Positions 10,086 through 19,628 of a stretch of 64,000 bases of DNA are shown here, piece after piece. Source of the stretch: an uncultured bacterium (GTDB lineage: Bacteria; Oederibacteriota; Oederibacteriia; Oederibacteriales; Oederibacteriaceae); assembly GCA_965112635.1 (NCBI GenBank), contig OZ218778.1, positions 2,368,001-2,432,000 of the forward strand, given 5' to 3'. The stretch's first letter is position 1, and every line of letters starts with the position of its first letter. A program made the translations under genes and the position numbers. The notes beneath the pieces are model-generated. The model saw nothing but the letters and a program-made list of their open reading frames with translations, searched no databases and was not told the DNA's origin.

Positions 10086-12677
10086 TCAGTACCCTCTTGC
10101 TTGCTGAAGGTTTTTAGCATAACTATCATTGTTCGGCTCTAACTGGCTCGCTCTTTCTAGCTCCCTAACCCCTCGTTCCCTTTTCCCAAAATACATGAGA
10201 AGCATGCCTAAATTTTCATGGGCCACACTATTTTGGTCGTCCAACTGCACGGATTTTTGTGCATACTGAAGAGCACTTGAGTATTGGCCCAGACGAATAT
10301 AAACAACCGACAAATTACATAAATTGGGCGAATTAACATCACCGACCGCCATAGCTTTAAGGTATTCTTTTAAAGCCAGCTCGTATTGCTGGTCTCTCAA
10401 ATACTGATAAGCTCTAGTGGAGGGCAGGAACGCCTTGGGCAACTGCTGCCCTTTGACCTCGCCCTGGAAATCTATCCTATAAACCCCTGACCCCTTCGAG
10501 TCATACAAAATCTGCAGATGCTTTTCCCAAAACTCCCGTAAAAGCGGGTAATCTTCCCTTTCCAAGGGAAAAATGTCATATTGCATCTGCAAACGCGTTG
10601 TTTCCATATCATTATATAGGATATAGTCCACATTAAAAGGCCTGAGGGCCTTTTCCAGCTGTTTGATATTCCTGCTTTTTTTGATTGCCACCCAAAGAGG
10701 GTTGTTATTATAAGCGGTACAGGAAATAAAATTTTGCTGAAGATAAAACCCCCTGGTTTCCCCTACGAACAGAACCTTGGCCTCCTTTGGAAGATTTTTA
10801 TTGGCATACTCTAGCGAATCATAAGAGGAATTCATCATCCATTTTTTAAGATAATTGGATTGGCTCTCTAGCCCTAAAACAGTGCCCCAGGGATCCAAAT
10901 TGCCCCATAACAAAACTGCGCCGCTGAACATATTGGCTAAAGAAACAATAAATATAATCACCACTGCTACAAAACCCAGCCATTTGGAGTTTTTGGTAGC
11001 AACATAAACAACATAGCAGGAAATTAAACACATCAGAGCTAAGCCTGGCTCGAAAAACCGAAGAATATGGGTTTGGGAGAGCCAAATAACTAGTGAAAAC
11101 AGAAAAAGGATAACCACGATCCGCATATACCGCGGTAGATTTTTTATAAAAAGTAAAAAAGGCAAAAACAACAGTAACAAAGGGCCAACTAAAGAATCTC
11201 CCGTATCGCCTTTTATGGTAAGGTTCCAAGGCAGCGCCAAATACTCCGCAAAAGTATGGGCCCACTTTTCATGTTGTTCACCAAGCACATGGTTAAGCTT
11301 TTGTGGGTCTATCTGCCATGTACCAAGGATTGAGCCTAGATAGGGAAAAAAGGGGTTACCGGTAAAGACAAAGTTCTTAATCCAATACACTAATAATGGT
11401 GTCAAAAAAACAATACCGGCAATCAAGGTATTCTTCAAAAGGGTCGAGCGCCGAATATTTAAGAACCAAGAAGCTTCGTACCCGCATATCAAAAATAAGG
11501 GAATGACCCAGAAAACTGCATTGTACTTGGTCATAACAGCATAGGAGGACAAAATTACGATGATATATAAACATGGCAATGCCGCCCCGGATGACACTTC
11601 CCCTTTATTAACTGGTTCTTGTGAATATATTTTTAGGAAGGCGGAAACAGCATTTAGAACAAAAAAAGTCATCCCCAGGTCCACGGCGGCTTCCCACGAA
11701 CTGACTTGAACAATAGGGATTGTATAAAACATGACTGCAGCCATAAAACCGACCATTTGATTAAAATATTTATTGCCCAGATCAAAAAGAATAAAACAAC
11801 AACCCAAACCTAAAAACCAGCATAATAACTTGCTTACCATTTCACTATGCAGCAGGCTTCCCAGACAAAAAAGCATTTCCAAGCCCATAGAATAATTTGA
11901 AAAAAAATTTGATGGGATTTGGTAGATTTTATGATGCTGGATAAATGAAAAAGGCACCGACAAATGATACACAAGGGCGTCATAAAACCTTTCGGGTGCC
12001 AACTGGCCTGCTAGGTTATTTGCAGCAGTTAGAAATAATAAGCAAAGCAAAACCAGGGAAATCTTGTCCATAATAAAAGGCTTAAGTTTGGCTAGGGAAA
12101 TTCGTCGCCACCTTTTTTGATAGATGAACTTCTCTAAAAAAACAGTGCAAAAAAATAAGACCAAAAGGCATGCTACTAGAGGAAATAAAAGGCCAGCCAA
12201 ACCCAAAGCGAATACTAAAAGAGAAGTCAAACCCAGACCCAGGGATAATTTTAACCACCCAGACTGATTAAGAGGTAAGAAGATACCTAATAGCGCTAGA
12301 ATTTTATCGCCTAACTCGAGTGCGGATAAAAGAAGAATAAAAAGCCACCCCAAAGCAGCTGTGTAGTGGCCAAATAATTGAAATTGTTGATTGAGACCCA
12401 ATCCGCCTGGATAACGGCTCCAATCAAAGATTCTTTTAAGGACTTCCCAGGTACGATACAACCATTGAAAATCTATCAAAGAATAAACAGATTCGCCCCA
12501 CAAAGAGAACAAAGAACCTTTAACAGCTTCCAAGGATACGGTCTTCCAGGCAACTGCTATATAAATGGGGATCAAGAAGAGGGCCCATAAACAAAAAATA
12601 ATGCTAAAGAGGCTTGCAGGGATCCTTAACTCTCCGCAAATTATCGCCTGTTTATTATGCAATTCGGATTGATTCAT
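10086..12677 (-). CDS. Polytopic GT-C-fold (ArnT/PMT-like) glycosyltransferase with C-terminal TPR repeats
   Basis: More than 12 hydrophobic segments; YDALVYHL loop motif, TKY, KNFVFTGNPFFPY; TPR consensus at the C-terminus (NLSVVYIRLGQY..A, ENLGMLL). Confidence 0.75.
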   Translation of the reverse strand: MNQSELHNKQAIICGELRIPASLFSIIFCLWALFLIPIYIAVAWKTVSLEAVKGSLFSLWGESVYSLIDFQWLYRTWEVLKRIFDWSRYPGGLGLNQQFQLFGHYTAALGWLFILLLSALELGDKILALLGIFLPLNQSGWLKLSLGLGLTSLLVFALGLAGLLFPLVACLLVLFFCTVFLEKFIYQKRWRRISLAKLKPFIMDKISLVLLCLLFLTAANNLAGQLAPERFYDALVYHLSVPFSFIQHHKIYQIPSNFFSNYSMGLEMLFCLGSLLHSEMVSKLLCWFLGLGCCFILFDLGNKYFNQMVGFMAAVMFYTIPIVQVSSWEAAVDLGMTFFVLNAVSAFLKIYSQEPVNKGEVSSGAALPCLYIIVILSSYAVMTKYNAVFWVIPLFLICGYEASWFLNIRRSTLLKNTLIAGIVFLTPLLVYWIKNFVFTGNPFFPYLGSILGTWQIDPQKLNHVLGEQHEKWAHTFAEYLALPWNLTIKGDTGDSLVGPLLLLFLPFLLFIKNLPRYMRIVVILFLFSLVIWLSQTHILRFFEPGLALMCLISCYVVYVATKNSKWLGFVAVVIIFIVSLANMFSGAVLLWGNLDPWGTVLGLESQSNYLKKWMMNSSYDSLEYANKNLPKEAKVLFVGETRGFYLQQNFISCTAYNNNPLWVAIKKSRNIKQLEKALRPFNVDYILYNDMETTRLQMQYDIFPLEREDYPLLREFWEKHLQILYDSKGSGVYRIDFQGEVKGQQLPKAFLPSTRAYQYLRDQQYELALKEYLKAMAVGDVNSPNLCNLSVVYIRLGQYSSALQYAQKSVQLDDQNSVAHENLGMLLMYFGKRERGVRELERASQLEPNNDSYAKNLQQARGY

Positions 12678-12772
12678 ACAATTTTCCTCGCGTCTGTTTA
12701 CTGATTAGTAAGGAACAGGCTGCATTAGAAGCTTAAAATTTTATTAATCATATCATCATTCTTTTGAAAAAC

Positions 12773-12809
12773 AAAAAACCTCCCGTCTGCATTTGCAAAC
12801 GGAAGGTTT
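12773..12809 (-). terminator. Intrinsic terminator after glnA
   Basis: Minus strand AACCTTCCGTTTGCA-AA-TGCAGACGGGAGGTT followed by a T run. Confidence 0.8.
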
Positions 12810-12840
12810 ATGTGAAAATCTGCTAAACAACCAGATACGA

Positions 12841-14259
12841 TTATAGATCAAAATAAAGGTAGAACTCCCATGGATGGGGACGCAGCCTGATGGCGTCTAC
12901 CTCTTTGCTCCTCTTGTAATTGATCCATGTTTCCAGGACATCCTTGGTAAATACGCCACCTTTCAAAAGAAAGTCATGATCCTTTTCCAGTTCTACCAAG
13001 CATTTATCCAACGCATCTGGAACGACTTTGATCTTCTTTAGTTCCTCAGCGGGTAGTTCGAAAAGGTCCTTATCTACAGGGGCCCCTGGATGGATCTTAT
13101 TTTGGATCCCGTCGAGACCAGCCATAAGAATAGCCGGGAAAGCCAGGTAGGGGTTGCAGGTACAATCAGGACACCTGAACTCTATCCTCTTTTGCTTCGG
13201 ATCCTGTGAGTATACCGGGATACGGCAGGCCGCCGAACGGTTGCGCTGGGAGTAGACCAGATTAACCGGCGCTTCAAATCCAGGCACCAGGCGCTTGAAG
13301 GAGTTGGTGGAAGGCGCGCAGAGAGCCAACAAGGCAGATGCGTGTTTCAAAATACCCCCGATATAGAATAAAGCTGTTTCGCTCAGCATTCCATATCCCT
13401 TGGCATCAAAGAATAAGGGTTTTCCAGCCTTCCAAAGGGAGGAATGGATATGCATTCCGGTCCCGTTGTCCCCGAACAGTGGCTTAGGCATGAAAGTCAC
13501 AATTTTGTTATGTCTTTTGGCCACATTACGCAGGACATATTTGTAAATCATAACATTATCAGCCTGGACAAGGAGCGCATTGTATCTCATGTCGATCTCC
13601 GCCTGACCGCCCGTGGCGACTTCATGATGCTGGGCTTCTATGTCGATGCCCATATTCTGGAGCTCAAGAACCATCTCTGTTCTGAGGTCCTGATAGCTGT
13701 CGGTCGGAGGCACTGGGAAATAACCTTCTTTAGGACGGATTTTATATCCTAAGTTGGGGTTCTCTTCCCTGCCATTGTTCCAGTTGCCCTCTATGGAATC
13801 GATGAAGTAATAACCGCTGTTTGTGGTCTGGTTGAAACGGATGTCGTCAAAAATAAAGAACTCAAGCTCAGGTCCCCAGAAAGAGGCATCCGCTATTCCT
13901 GTGGTGCCCAAATATTTCTCAGCTTTACGGGCGATATATCTTGGATCCCTGTTGTATTCTTTGATCTGCTTCCCTGGCTCTTTGACATCACAGATAAGAC
14001 TTAAGGTAGGAATCTGACAGAAAGGATCAATGTTGGCTGTATTCGGGTCAGGGATAAGGAGCATGTCGCTTTCATCAATAGCCTGAAACCCGCGGATACT
14101 AGAACCATCGAAACCAACGCCAGTCTCAAAAGTCTCCTCGTCCAACTTGTCCACCGGGACAGAAAAATGCTGCCAAACCCCTGGCATATCGATGAATTTT
14201 AAATCCACCATTTTTATATTTTTTTTCTTACAAATTTCCAAAACTGCTTTAGCCGTCAT
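12841..14259 (-). CDS. glnA: Glutamine synthetase type I (GSI-beta-like)
   Basis: Motifs [41 protein letters not shown] and IEFRCPD. ATG at 14259 follows an AGGGAGG SD. Confidence 0.98.
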   Translation of the reverse strand: MTAKAVLEICKKKNIKMVDLKFIDMPGVWQHFSVPVDKLDEETFETGVGFDGSSIRGFQAIDESDMLLIPDPNTANIDPFCQIPTLSLICDVKEPGKQIKEYNRDPRYIARKAEKYLGTTGIADASFWGPELEFFIFDDIRFNQTTNSGYYFIDSIEGNWNNGREENPNLGYKIRPKEGYFPVPPTDSYQDLRTEMVLELQNMGIDIEAQHHEVATGGQAEIDMRYNALLVQADNVMIYKYVLRNVAKRHNKIVTFMPKPLFGDNGTGMHIHSSLWKAGKPLFFDAKGYGMLSETALFYIGGILKHASALLALCAPSTNSFKRLVPGFEAPVNLVYSQRNRSAACRIPVYSQDPKQKRIEFRCPDCTCNPYLAFPAILMAGLDGIQNKIHPGAPVDKDLFELPAEELKKIKVVPDALDKCLVELEKDHDFLLKGGVFTKDVLETWINYKRSKEVDAIRLRPHPWEFYLYFDL

Positions 14260-14293
14260 GAACCCAACCTCCCTTTCATAATATTTTAAAAAC

Positions 14294-14341
14294 AAAAAAG
14301 GCGTCCTTGCCGCATTTAACATCAAAGACGCCTTTGTCTTT
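14294..14341 (-). promoter_or_regulatory. ANTAR twin-hairpin RNA target overlapping an intrinsic terminator in the glnA leader
   Basis: P1 is AAAGAC-[AAAGGC]-GTCTTT (14341-14324). P2 is GGC-[AAGGAC]-GCC (14311-14300). Both are hexaloops with A1 and G4. The alternative terminator is AAAGGCGTCTTTG...CAAGGACGCCTTT with a T run. Confidence 0.88.
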
Positions 14342-14361
14342 AAAAAATTCAAATTTATTGA

Positions 14362-14390
14362 AAGATACCACCTGGAGCAATACCTGTCAA
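14362..14390 (-). promoter_or_regulatory. Sigma70-type glnA promoter
   Basis: TTGACA, 17-nt spacer, TATCTT, with a TG extended -10. Confidence 0.75.
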
Positions 14391-14418
14391 GTTATCCCTG
14401 AAAATTCTTTGGCTCCAG

Positions 14419-15624
14419 TCACATCTTTATTTCTGAAGCTAAAATAATAGCCTCTGCAACTTCTTTCATGGTTTTTCTAATATTCATACTTTGCTGCTGG
14501 ATGAATTTATAAGCCGCTTCCTCAGTGATTCCTCGTTCTTTCATCAGTATTCCTTTGGCGCGCTCGACCATCTTTCTTGATACTAGGGCTTCTTTATTGG
14601 CCAATGCATCGTCCATCAAGTTCGTATTCTCAATGGCAACCGCAGCTTGGTTAGCAATAGCCTGCAATATTTTTATCTCTTCTTCTTCAAAAACATGGCG
14701 GGAAGACGTGTAAGTATTAATGACCCCTATCACTCGATCTTTGATCATCATTGGCACGCATAAAAGTGATACCAGCCCCTCTTCATTAGCCAACTCTGAG
14801 TAAGCAAAGCGTTTGTCGTCCCGGACATCAAGAATCGTAACCGTTCGTTTCTCGCGGACAGCAATTCCGCTAACACTGCGGGCAACCTTTAAAGGCGGTT
14901 TTTGCCGATAATTTTTGCTTAAGCTCTGAGTTGCCTTTATAGCGAGCTCCTGGCCGGTTTTATCCAACAGCATGATCGAACAAATTTTTGAGCCCATCAT
15001 CTCGGCGGTCACTGCAACGATAAGGTTCAGGATCTCTCCAAGATAACCGCTCGAAACAATAGTATGGCTTACTTTAGAAAGGGCCTCGATTTGATTGGCT
15101 TTATTTTGCGCTTCCCTAAACAATCTTGCATTCTCAATTGCTGAGCCGACAAGCACTGCAATGGCTTCCATCAACTCAATAATTGAGGGGCTCCAACGAT
15201 AAGCTTTCTTTTTTTGGAGGTTCATCACGCCGATAAGGCGTTCTTTGTGGAATATTGGAACAGACAAGAAAGCTTCGTAAACATCTTCGGGAAGATTATG
15301 GAAAAATTTAAACCGCGCGTCTTCGCTGGCATTATTTGATATAGCAACAGTCTTTTTTTCTTTTGCCACCCACCCAGTAATTCCCTCCCCCATCTTCAGA
15401 CGAAGCCTGCCTAACATTTTAGGGTGGGGATTTTTCGAAGCCATGAGGACCAATTCCTGTTGTTGGGAATTATACAAGTAAAGTAAGCAGGATTGAGCCT
15501 GGGTCACTTTGGCAACCATGTCCACAACCCGGTGCAAGATTTCCTGTAAATCCAAAACTGATCCAACGGCCTGGCTTATATGAAGCAATATTTTAAGGTT
15601 TTCAGTCTGCTTGTATCTACTCAA
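14419..15624 (-). CDS. GAF-GAF-ANTAR RNA-binding antiterminator
   Basis: Two GAF domains (GEGITGWVA, FLSVPI; SLLCVPM, A.QAAVAIEN) and a C-terminal ANTAR (RKMVERAKGILMKERGITEEAAYKFIQQQSMN). Confidence 0.92.
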   Translation of the reverse strand: MSRYKQTENLKILLHISQAVGSVLDLQEILHRVVDMVAKVTQAQSCLLYLYNSQQQELVLMASKNPHPKMLGRLRLKMGEGITGWVAKEKKTVAISNNASEDARFKFFHNLPEDVYEAFLSVPIFHKERLIGVMNLQKKKAYRWSPSIIELMEAIAVLVGSAIENARLFREAQNKANQIEALSKVSHTIVSSGYLGEILNLIVAVTAEMMGSKICSIMLLDKTGQELAIKATQSLSKNYRQKPPLKVARSVSGIAVREKRTVTILDVRDDKRFAYSELANEEGLVSLLCVPMMIKDRVIGVINTYTSSRHVFEEEEIKILQAIANQAAVAIENTNLMDDALANKEALVSRKMVERAKGILMKERGITEEAAYKFIQQQSMNIRKTMKEVAEAIILASEIKM

Positions 15625-15760
15625 ATTCGAACGCTCCCGTTCTCAGAATAGAAGTAATATAACATAGCCTCCAAAAACATGACAGCATGGTTACTTCAAT
15701 TTCTTGAGGTTTAATTAAATTTCTTCTAAAATGGGTCGGTAGATTAAATTATTCTGGGAG

Positions 15761-16339
15761 ATGCGCTTGCTCACAATGATAGCCAATTGGGATAGGCAGA
15801 TATTTTTGCTCCTCAATCAAAAGACAATAAATCCATTCTTTGATTGGTGCATGCCCATTCTCAGCAGACAGGAATATTGGTATCTGCCTCTAGCTCTGCT
15901 AACACTACTGACCATACTATTTTCAGAGAATAAAATCAGGCAAACCATCGTAATTTGCACAATCTTTTTAACCGTCGGGCTAACAGATTATTTTTGCCAC
16001 ATCATCAAACATTTAGTTGCTCGGCCTAGGCCATTTACGATGATCCCCGGTGCTCACGTTTTGATGGGCGCAAACGGATATTCATTCCCATCCAACCATG
16101 CGGCCAATATCTTTGCTGGCAGTATTTTTTTGGCTTTATTATTCAAGCGTTGGCTGGCTCCCTTACTATTCATAGCCCTGGCTGTTTCTTTTTCCAGAAT
16201 CTATGTAGGGGACCACTATCCTCTGGATGTTTTTGGTGGCGCCTTCATTGGATGTTGCTTTGCTTTCCTTGCTGCTCTAATATTTAAACGGTTAAATTCC
16301 AAAATAGAAAGGATAATTGATGAACGCCAAAAATATTAA
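15761..16339 (+). CDS. PAP2-family phosphatase (undecaprenyl-PP phosphatase-like)
   Basis: Motifs K..VARPRP, FPSNH and SRIYVGDHYPLDV. Confidence 0.9.
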   Translation: MRLLTMIANWDRQIFLLLNQKTINPFFDWCMPILSRQEYWYLPLALLTLLTILFSENKIRQTIVICTIFLTVGLTDYFCHIIKHLVARPRPFTMIPGAHVLMGANGYSFPSNHAANIFAGSIFLALLFKRWLAPLLFIALAVSFSRIYVGDHYPLDVFGGAFIGCCFAFLAALIFKRLNSKIERIIDERQKY

Positions 16340-17486
16340 GGTGGGTATACCAAAAAATGTTAAAGTTATGGGCTTGGCCAGTCTTTTTAACGACATCAGT
16401 TCTGAAATAATTTATCCCTTTCTCCCAATCTTTTTTACTGAAACTTTAAAGGCCTCGGTTTCTTTTTTCGGTCTTATTGAAGGGGTCGCGGAAAGTACAG
16501 CCAGTATTTTAAAATTATTTTCAGGATGGCTATCCGACACCCTGCGCTCCCGCAAACCCCTTGGGCTTACAGGTTACCTCCTTTCTTCCATCAGCCGGCC
16601 GCTTTTGGCCATAGCTATGTCCCCTTGGCAGGGGTTACTGATCCGCTTTTCTGACCGCTTTGGGAAAGGAATCCGTACAGCCCCTCGCGACACCTTGATC
16701 GCGGATTCCTGCAACGAAAATCAACTCGGACGTTCTTTTGGTTTCCACAGGGCCTTGGACAATGCGGGAGCTGTGGGGGGGCCGTTGATTGCTGCCTTGT
16801 TCCTCGGGTTAGGATTTTCCAACCTCAGGATGCTATTTTGGATCGCCACAATCCCCTCGCTGTTATGCGTCCTTACGTTTGGTTTTTTGGTTACCGAAAA
16901 AAAACCTTCTTCCACGAGGGCCCTGCCTAGCTTCAGCCTCAAGCCGTTTTCTTCTAAATTCAAAAAATATCTTATGATCGCCTTTGTATTTGCCCTGGCC
17001 AACTCTAGTGATACTTTTTTGTTATTAAGGGCCAAATCTCTTGGGGAATCCCTCTTAGGAATAACTTTTTTGTGGGCCATGATCAACGCCGTACGAGTTT
17101 TGAGTGCTTGGCGAGGGGGAATTTTATCCGATGTTCTTGGCAGGACACCTTTGATCATCACCGGATGGGTGCTGTACGGTCTCGTTTATCTGGGTTTTGG
17201 CTTATGCCAACAATCATGGCTATTGTGGGTGCTTTTTGCGGTTTATGGAGCTTTTTCAGGATTAACAGAAGGCGCCGAAAAAGCTTTTGTCGCAGATCTT
17301 GTTCCCGCAAATCTCAGGGGTACAGCTTATGGTCTTTATAATTTGAGTCTAGGACTTGCGGCTTTACCCGCTTCCTACTTGATGGGACTGCTTTGGCAAT
17401 ACGCTGGAGTTTTTGCGGCATTTTCTGTTACTAGCTTATTGGCCTTCCTGGCGGCTCTGCTTCTTTACTTTCTACCAAAACAATAA
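16320..17486 (+). CDS. MFS transporter
   Basis: About 12 TM segments; motifs SGWLSD, DRFGKGIRTAPRD and GILSDVLGR. Confidence 0.9.
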   Translation: MNAKNIKVGIPKNVKVMGLASLFNDISSEIIYPFLPIFFTETLKASVSFFGLIEGVAESTASILKLFSGWLSDTLRSRKPLGLTGYLLSSISRPLLAIAMSPWQGLLIRFSDRFGKGIRTAPRDTLIADSCNENQLGRSFGFHRALDNAGAVGGPLIAALFLGLGFSNLRMLFWIATIPSLLCVLTFGFLVTEKKPSSTRALPSFSLKPFSSKFKKYLMIAFVFALANSSDTFLLLRAKSLGESLLGITFLWAMINAVRVLSAWRGGILSDVLGRTPLIITGWVLYGLVYLGFGLCQQSWLLWVLFAVYGAFSGLTEGAEKAFVADLVPANLRGTAYGLYNLSLGLAALPASYLMGLLWQYAGVFAAFSVTSLLAFLAALLLYFLPKQ

Positions 17487-17525
17487 ACCGCATAGCCTAA
17501 CCGAGTTGGGCTGGGTGATGTTGTA

Positions 17526-19568
17526 CTAAACGACCTGGGATGCCCTTTTCTTGGCATATTCTTGCTGCGCCGCAAGAGCATCTTGGGCGACCTTGCTGAT
17601 CATCGCATTTTTACTCTTTGCCTGCTTCTCTAAAAATACCGTAACATCCTGACGGTCAAAGGCTGCAAGAGCATGCAACGCAGCCACTCTGACTTTGATG
17701 CTTTTCTTTTTCTGGAACATACTTTGGTTGCCAGCGGCTCCCATTAAAGAAGATATAGCCTCCGGGTCCCTGAGCTGACTCAAAGAAACGCATGCTTCAG
17801 CCTGTAACAGATCTTCGGGTTCATTGCCAAAAAGGCCGTTAATTTTTATTAACTCAACGAGGGTTTCAACAGCTTCTTTAAATCGCAATTTACTTAATTG
17901 GCGGACTGCTTCTAGCCGTATCGAAGGGTCTTCATCCGATACCGCGCTGCATACGAATTGATTGGCTTTCAGGCTGCCGATTCGGCTGATACACCGCAGG
18001 ATTGCTTGGCGGACTGCGGGATTATGGTGGTAAAAGGCGGTCTGCAGCTGATTGATCATGGTGTCCTGGTATCCCAATCCATCCAAGACCTCAATGACCC
18101 TTTTGGCAGATTCCAAAGACACCTGAGGGGTTATTTCTTTGACGAGTTCCCACACTGCCCCTTCGCCTATTTTCTTCAAAACAAAAGCGACCACTTTACG
18201 CAGGTGGTAATCCTCTGTTTCTTTGATAGCATCAATGAGTGGACGAATGGAGGCTGTCTCGAACTTCATGACCACACCGTAGGCTTGCGATTGGGTCTTT
18301 TTATCATCAGACCGCAGGTCACTGATCAAAATCTGCAGGATTTCACTTCCGGCTAAACGCTTTAAAATTTCATTGGCACAATCCAGCCTTCGGGAAAAAT
18401 CCTTATTGGGTTCAACAGTATGACGCTTAAACATTCCGATAATCTGCTCTCCTCGGTCATAATCTCCTTCCCTGAACAAACGTTTGGCCCCTGATTCCAA
18501 GAGCTCGGCCAATTCCACGTATACCTGCTCTTCAACCTCTTTATCCTCTGTGACCAGAAACTTCTCGTCAAGGTTTTGCTGGACAGCTTTGTCCGACAGG
18601 GTGTCCACAGTGCTTTCTAATTCTTTAAAGGAGCGGACAGCCTCCAACCGGTTCGTCACGAGACTGCTCTCTAAGTTCGCAGCTACTTTATCTACAATCT
18701 TGGTGGCAAGAGGCATTTTATTGATATCGTCCAAGTCTTTAATCAGTTGAGCCAACTGTTGTCTGTTTTCCGGCAGTAGCAATCTGTCGGCTTCTTGGCT
18801 GAACAGGTTTTCAGCGTTCTGGACTAATTTTTGTTCATGGGAAAGTGCCGACGGCCCAATTTCCTCTTCGGGCCCTGCCCCAGCACCTAAGGCGGCGAAC
18901 TTCTCCTGGGACAAAGCCAAAAGTTGTTGCAGCCTTCCTTTCAAAATAGCCAAGTCTGAATCAGACCTCTTCCCTTCTTTAACCTCTTTTTCTAGCTGAC
19001 TATACTTTCCCCTTTCGCCGTCGATCTGCTTGTTTAATTCCTCGCGCGACAACTTCTTGATTTTTTCAATATCTAGAGGCTCTTCCTTGGCTTCAATCCT
19101 CTCCCCTTCATTATTGACGGCTACATACACCATCTTGTTGATACGGATTTTATCTATACCAGCCTTTTTCATGCTCTCCTCAAGATTTTCGCTGGCATCT
19201 TCTTTCCTCGGCTTGCGGCTCATGATTTCCAGAAAAGACGACAACTCCTGCCTAGCTACTCCCTTTTCAAAAATAACCCCTCGCAGCTTTCTCGATTCGG
19301 CAAGCTTGATCATGGCCTGGGCGGCGGACAATGTTTCACTCTTCGAATCTAGATGGTGACCGTTAACCAACAACTGATTGTCTACGACTGAAAACGCAAG
19401 GATCTCAAACTGGCCGGTAATGGTTTCTAATATTTTGGCGGCGGAATCTAGGGAATCTTGGACAGCCTTGCTTCCTACGGGATAAAGCTGGATATTTGAT
19501 ATGGCCAGTCTGAAAGCTCCTAAAAATTGCCCGGCAGCTATTATGAGCTCCTCTTTGGTAGGCGCCAC
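17526..19568 (-). CDS. HEAT-repeat protein
   Basis: Helical repeats of the type DEDPSIRLEAVRQL, HNPAVRQAILRCI and KVRVAALHAL. Confidence 0.75.
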   Translation of the reverse strand: MAPTKEELIIAAGQFLGAFRLAISNIQLYPVGSKAVQDSLDSAAKILETITGQFEILAFSVVDNQLLVNGHHLDSKSETLSAAQAMIKLAESRKLRGVIFEKGVARQELSSFLEIMSRKPRKEDASENLEESMKKAGIDKIRINKMVYVAVNNEGERIEAKEEPLDIEKIKKLSREELNKQIDGERGKYSQLEKEVKEGKRSDSDLAILKGRLQQLLALSQEKFAALGAGAGPEEEIGPSALSHEQKLVQNAENLFSQEADRLLLPENRQQLAQLIKDLDDINKMPLATKIVDKVAANLESSLVTNRLEAVRSFKELESTVDTLSDKAVQQNLDEKFLVTEDKEVEEQVYVELAELLESGAKRLFREGDYDRGEQIIGMFKRHTVEPNKDFSRRLDCANEILKRLAGSEILQILISDLRSDDKKTQSQAYGVVMKFETASIRPLIDAIKETEDYHLRKVVAFVLKKIGEGAVWELVKEITPQVSLESAKRVIEVLDGLGYQDTMINQLQTAFYHHNPAVRQAILRCISRIGSLKANQFVCSAVSDEDPSIRLEAVRQLSKLRFKEAVETLVELIKINGLFGNEPEDLLQAEACVSLSQLRDPEAISSLMGAAGNQSMFQKKKSIKVRVAALHALAAFDRQDVTVFLEKQAKSKNAMISKVAQDALAAQQEYAKKRASQVV

Positions 19569-19628
19569 AACTTCCCCCTTATCTAAATAATCTTTACCTA
19601 TTTTATCACCAAAACTATATGGCTATCA

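Noticed and set aside
5662-10129. Possible diversity-generating retroelement or invertible cassette behind the paralog trio
   Set aside because: No reverse transcriptase or recombinase is in the window, I saw no near-identical TR/VR pair differing at adenines, and all copies share one orientation.
14260-14352. N-terminal extensions in the ORF track for glnA (also gatB 58487, gatA 59949, csp 50664)
   Set aside because: Better SD-linked starts lie downstream at the conserved N-termini; the glnA extension is the ANTAR leader.
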